A DNA stretch of 64,000 nt, taken from the NCBI RefSeq assembly GCF_009914755.1, contig NC_060928.1; one strand, written 5' to 3'. Shown here one piece after another: positions 59,781 through 64,000 of this stretch. The first letter of the stretch is position 1. Each line of letters opens with the position of its first letter. The position numbers and the translations under genes are program-made. This DNA is from the human T2T-CHM13v2.0 reference genome, Homo sapiens. The notes beneath the pieces are model-generated. The model saw only the letters and a list, made by a program, of their open reading frames with translations, was not told the origin of the DNA and did no database searches.

Positions 59781-61234
59781 CCCATGAAAATCAATGCTTC
59801 TATTTTATTTGTGTTTTAAAGGTTTCTTTTGTGTGAGGAAACTATAGAAGTCTCTAATATTCATATAAGATCAATGATTCTAGTACGTATATTTTGGGAG
59901 CAAATGTATAAATATTAAGACCCTGCTTTGTTTTGGTATTGCCTTTTTTTCTTCTTAATATTAATAGTTATGACTAAGATTGATGGAGCAACTAGCCTGT
60001 GCCAATCATCATATGCATTATAAACATATAAACACTAACACTTTAAAAATGATTTAAGTGGTTTTTTTAGTTCTGCCATATAAAAGAAGACCATGTAGGC
60101 AAGTAAGTATGAGAGGGTCAATCAAATGTAGAAATCTGAATCAATCCAAATGAGCTTTGGATTTTGATTTCTTTGCACCATATCTCACTAAATCAGTTGA
60201 CTTTTTTTTCAAATACATCATTACAGTTCTTTTTAAGGACACTGCGACAACTATATTTTACTCATCTCACACCCCATCCTGGTACACTCAACTAGGTAAA
60301 TAAATTTGGGAGAAAAGGAATATGTCATATTCACCAGAACACTGAACTAACAGAAATTTATCAGTCTCTTAATAGTGTCCTTCAAATGGAAGTTACATTT
60401 GACAATGTTGTCTGTGACACTCTTTGAGGCTTCTTTGTGTAAGAGTCAATTTCATTTCATATATGTCAACATCCATGTATTGAAAGGCACTTATGTGCTG
60501 ACATGTGCTAGGCCCTATGAAGGCAAAAGTAGATGAGACAATAATTTGTCTTTCTTAAACTCTAGGTAGGTGGGAATTTGTCTTGAACATTTGAGCAAAA
60601 ATAAATTTGAGAGAATCAGAAAAGTGTGGCTCCTAGAAATCTTGCATATTTCTTTGTTTTGAACATACAGTTCTCAGAGAACGATTAAATGTTTAAGACA
60701 GCAATGAAAACACTCGTAACAGTTTCGAGAGACTCAAAGAAATAATCATTTGTCTTTAAGTGCATGTAATACCTAAGAGAGGGCAACCTAAATATTAGGA
60801 AAAGCAATAGAAAAAAAATTCAACTCATTATTTATGAAAAATTGGGAGATTGAAATTCCTTAAGAGGTACCTCCTATAGATTTACTATTAAAGGCTTTTT
60901 CATTCTATCCTGAAAAAAAGTACATGCTACCCACAGCTTTCATTAAAATTTTAAACTCCAAATTTAAAATAAAGTTGATGTAGTGTCAGCAACAGTAATT
61001 ATTGGTAGGAGCCATTTTTAAGTGCATTTATTGATAAATTTCTTGAGATCATAGGGTTTAAAAATCTGAGAAATTTGAGGTTTAATAGTGGGCATAATGC
61101 TTCTTCTCCAAATTCATTAGTTTTGTTCCTTATGTCACTTATTCTGCTTTATAACAGCAAAAAGAAAAAGAAAAAATTGAAAAAGCTAAGCATTAACCTT
61201 AAGAATATATTATGGAGCAGTAGAATGAGAAGGT

Positions 61235-61278
61235 GACCAGTTAAAGCTTCACAGACGACCAGTTAAAGCTTCACAAAC
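61235..61278. repeat. 22-bp tandem duplication
   Basis: gaccagttaaagcttcaca(g/a)ac, two copies. Confidence 0.9.
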
Positions 61279-61669
61279 AAAAATATTTTAGTTTCAGAAT
61301 CTGCTTCTAAAACTCACAGACAGTGAATATGTAAAAAATACCTATTTGAGACTAAATTATTCATTTATAAAAGTGGAGCTCTAGTTTGTTGGGCGAATCA
61401 ATTAAATAATACTAATATTTGTATATTTGCAAAGTGATAAGTGAATGTCAGCTTTTGAAAATAGAAAAGGGATTATAAATTAAATAAACACATCAGTGAA
61501 AAATGCTTCTTACCACATTCTAGCTGCAGACCAACTCGAGAAGGGTACCACTTTGGACCTATTCAATGAAAAATAACATTTAATTGTCAGAAAAAGTGTA
61601 ACTATAGCTTATAAAACTAACTGTTTCCATGGGAAGACCATTTAGATCTAGGAAGTAAATAAAATGGGT

Positions 61670-61897
61670 TATCTAGTGTCAGAAATAGAAATAGTGGTTA
61701 CCTTTTGTAGGGTACTGACCAGCAATGACGGATAGTGACTGAGAGAAAGCATGAGGAAAGCTTTAAAAGTGGTAAGTTTCTGCTTTTTGATTTTGGGACT
61801 TGTTATATAGGTGTGTTCAGGTTTTGGACATGCATCAGGTAGTATGAGCTATGACTTGTGCACTTCAGTCTATGTAAGTTTTTCATCAATAAAAAGC
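61670..61897 (+). mobile_element. L1ME 3' end
   Basis: aatagtggttacctt...ataggtgtgttcag...tgtgcactt...tcaataaaaa. Confidence 0.65.
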
Positions 61898-62957
61898 TTG
61901 AAAATATTTTATTTAAAATTGGGAACTTTAATCTCATTTCAAATTCATCTAATATTTGCACCTGAAATTGGGTTATTTTCTCTATCAAGAGTAAATACTA
62001 AGATGTCTATCAGAATTATATGTATCATTGACTTTTAATATTATGAGTTTATTGGTCATAGCAGAAGCATCACTTGAAATTTTCTTTTTGTACTACCGTT
62101 AGGAATAAAGAGAGCACTAAATAATTCTGTCGCTATAGAAAAATCAAATCATCTTTATTATACACTGCCATAATGAAGAGTTGATTCACAATTATCAGAA
62201 TATAACTTTATCTTAAAATAAATTCTATACTATCGTTTTAAAGTCTCCATTAAAAGTTTACTTCTTAACTTTGAGATTAAACTTTAAACAAATTTACCAC
62301 ACGTATAATAAATTTTTAAAAGAGTATTTTTAAAGGAATTTTCCACAATTATCTTCTTTTTTTTCAATACATTCATGGGAGAAAGCAGAGATGACTCAGG
62401 ACTAGAAAGGGATGAGAGTGCTTCATGGAAATGAGAAACCATGGACAGAGCCTCTATTAATAGGTAATATATTACTAGTTGAAAGAAAAGAGGAAGTTCG
62501 GATGAAAAATATATGTGGGTAATTTTAAGAATATATTGTATGTTTTACCTTCTAAAGTCTATTATGTGTGGGTATTGTAAATGCATACACTGACGTAAAT
62601 TTAACTATCTAGAAAATATGTTATTTTCCTAAAACTAGTAAATCAAAACATAAAACATAGCTGAGAGATGCTACTTAGAGATAATTAGCTCCGTGACTTT
62701 CTATAGCCAAGTAATTTTATTTGGTTAAAAATTATATTGCTTTGATTACAACTTTTCAATGCATTTACAATAATAATAAATAAATACCCCAAATATAGCC
62801 GTGATATTAAAAGTCAAATTAATATACTCAATTATTAGTACTTTTTAAATAATAAATATTTGTAAGATTGAATATAGTACAATAAATGTTGAAAGGCCAC
62901 AGAATGATACATAAAACTCTTATTCTATTTTATAAGGGAAAACTGAGGGTTCTACTT

Positions 62958-63027
62958 TACTATTTTACTGTACTATTTACTGTACTATTTACTGTACAGT
63001 AAAATAGTACTATTTTACTGTACTATT
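62958..63027. repeat. 12/13-bp tandem repeat with an inverted unit, containing a perfect 30-bp palindrome (62994-63023)
   Basis: tactattt(t)actg units; gtacagtaaaatagt|actattttactgtac. Confidence 0.92.
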
Positions 63028-63522
63028 GAGGAAAGAGAAAAAGGAGAAACTAAAAATGAAGAAAAAATCAGGGAAACGTCTATCATGGCTTAAAGTAACC
63101 AAAATATGTTTATATGCTACCTAAAATAATAAAGTCATAATGTGCTGCTTAGCAACACCTGATTATGCATTGAATGCAACAATGTTAGAAGAACCGTGAA
63201 GTGTCTGGTAGTCTTAACAAATTTACAGAAATAAAACCTGCCAATTTATTTTCTGAAATATGAACACTAAAATGAATTGAATGTTGACTCTTGTAATTCT
63301 AAGACCTTACAAAACTCCTGTTTGGAACTGAACATTAGCGACCTCTTAAGGATACTTAATGATTGACAGGATATATATGGTCATTGCACATGTGGAAATT
63401 TAACTCAATATTGATCAAAAGTTCAAATGTTGATAGCCCATAGGGTGGTGTTAACATTATAATAGGAGTAAAATATATCTCAAGTAAAAAAGATGTTAAT
63501 TAATGTTAAACTTTAATTAATC

Positions 63523-63647
63523 AGCTGAGCGTGGTGGTTCACACCTGTAATCACAACACTTTGGGAGGCCAAGACAGGAAGAATACTTGACCCTTGGAGT
63601 TCAAGACTAGCCTGGGCAATATAATGAGACTGTCTCTACCACAAATA
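63523..63647 (+). mobile_element. Free left Alu monomer (FLAM-like)
   Basis: Single monomer with a short A-tail and its own 15-bp TSD aaa(c/g)tttaattaatc. Confidence 0.85.
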
Positions 63648-64000
63648 AAAGTTTAATTAATCACAAAACTTTATCCCATAGAAAGAAATAACAAAGGTGA
63701 ATATCACTGAATTCATATTAGACTATAGCTGATCCTCCCCCCAAATAAAGTGATTAATGGGAGAAAACATTCTAGTTGTCAAGAAAAACAGAATTATATT
63801 TGTTATTAACTAAATTTGAAGCATGCAGTCAATACAATAAGAATGGCAGTTCTATTCTAAACAAATACCACATCCTAAAGATGAACATATTTTATTTCTG
63901 GCAATATAGACACGCATATAACTATTATTCTTAGATAAAATATAACTTTTATGCATAGAGATCACAAGACAAAAAAGGAAAACCCAATTATAGGAAATAA

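Overview
Primate (very probably human) nuclear DNA. It is AT-rich, CpG-poor and looks intergenic or deep-intronic. I find no credible host protein-coding gene, RNA gene or prokaryotic system; the ORF track is explained by Alu, LTR and retroviral remnants and by chance ORFs. The window is a fossil record of transposable elements: an LTR cluster in the first 6 kb, a decayed ERVL provirus (about 16-18.5 kb), a near full-length Hsmar1 mariner split by an Alu (20.6-22.2 kb), a two-LTR gag-only ERV1 provirus with a tRNA-Pro-like PBS (38.4-41.7 kb), 12 Alu-family elements, and L1, L2, MIR and MaLR relics. The most unusual observations are rearrangement scars: an ancient L2 fragment inside a younger LTR, a trimeric Alu, a head-to-head AluY pair, an L2 split by 1.7 kb of composite DNA, and template-switch palindromes. 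Repeat subfamily names come from my recall of consensus sequences and need confirmation with RepeatMasker or Dfam. I cannot support a claim of a new biological system here.
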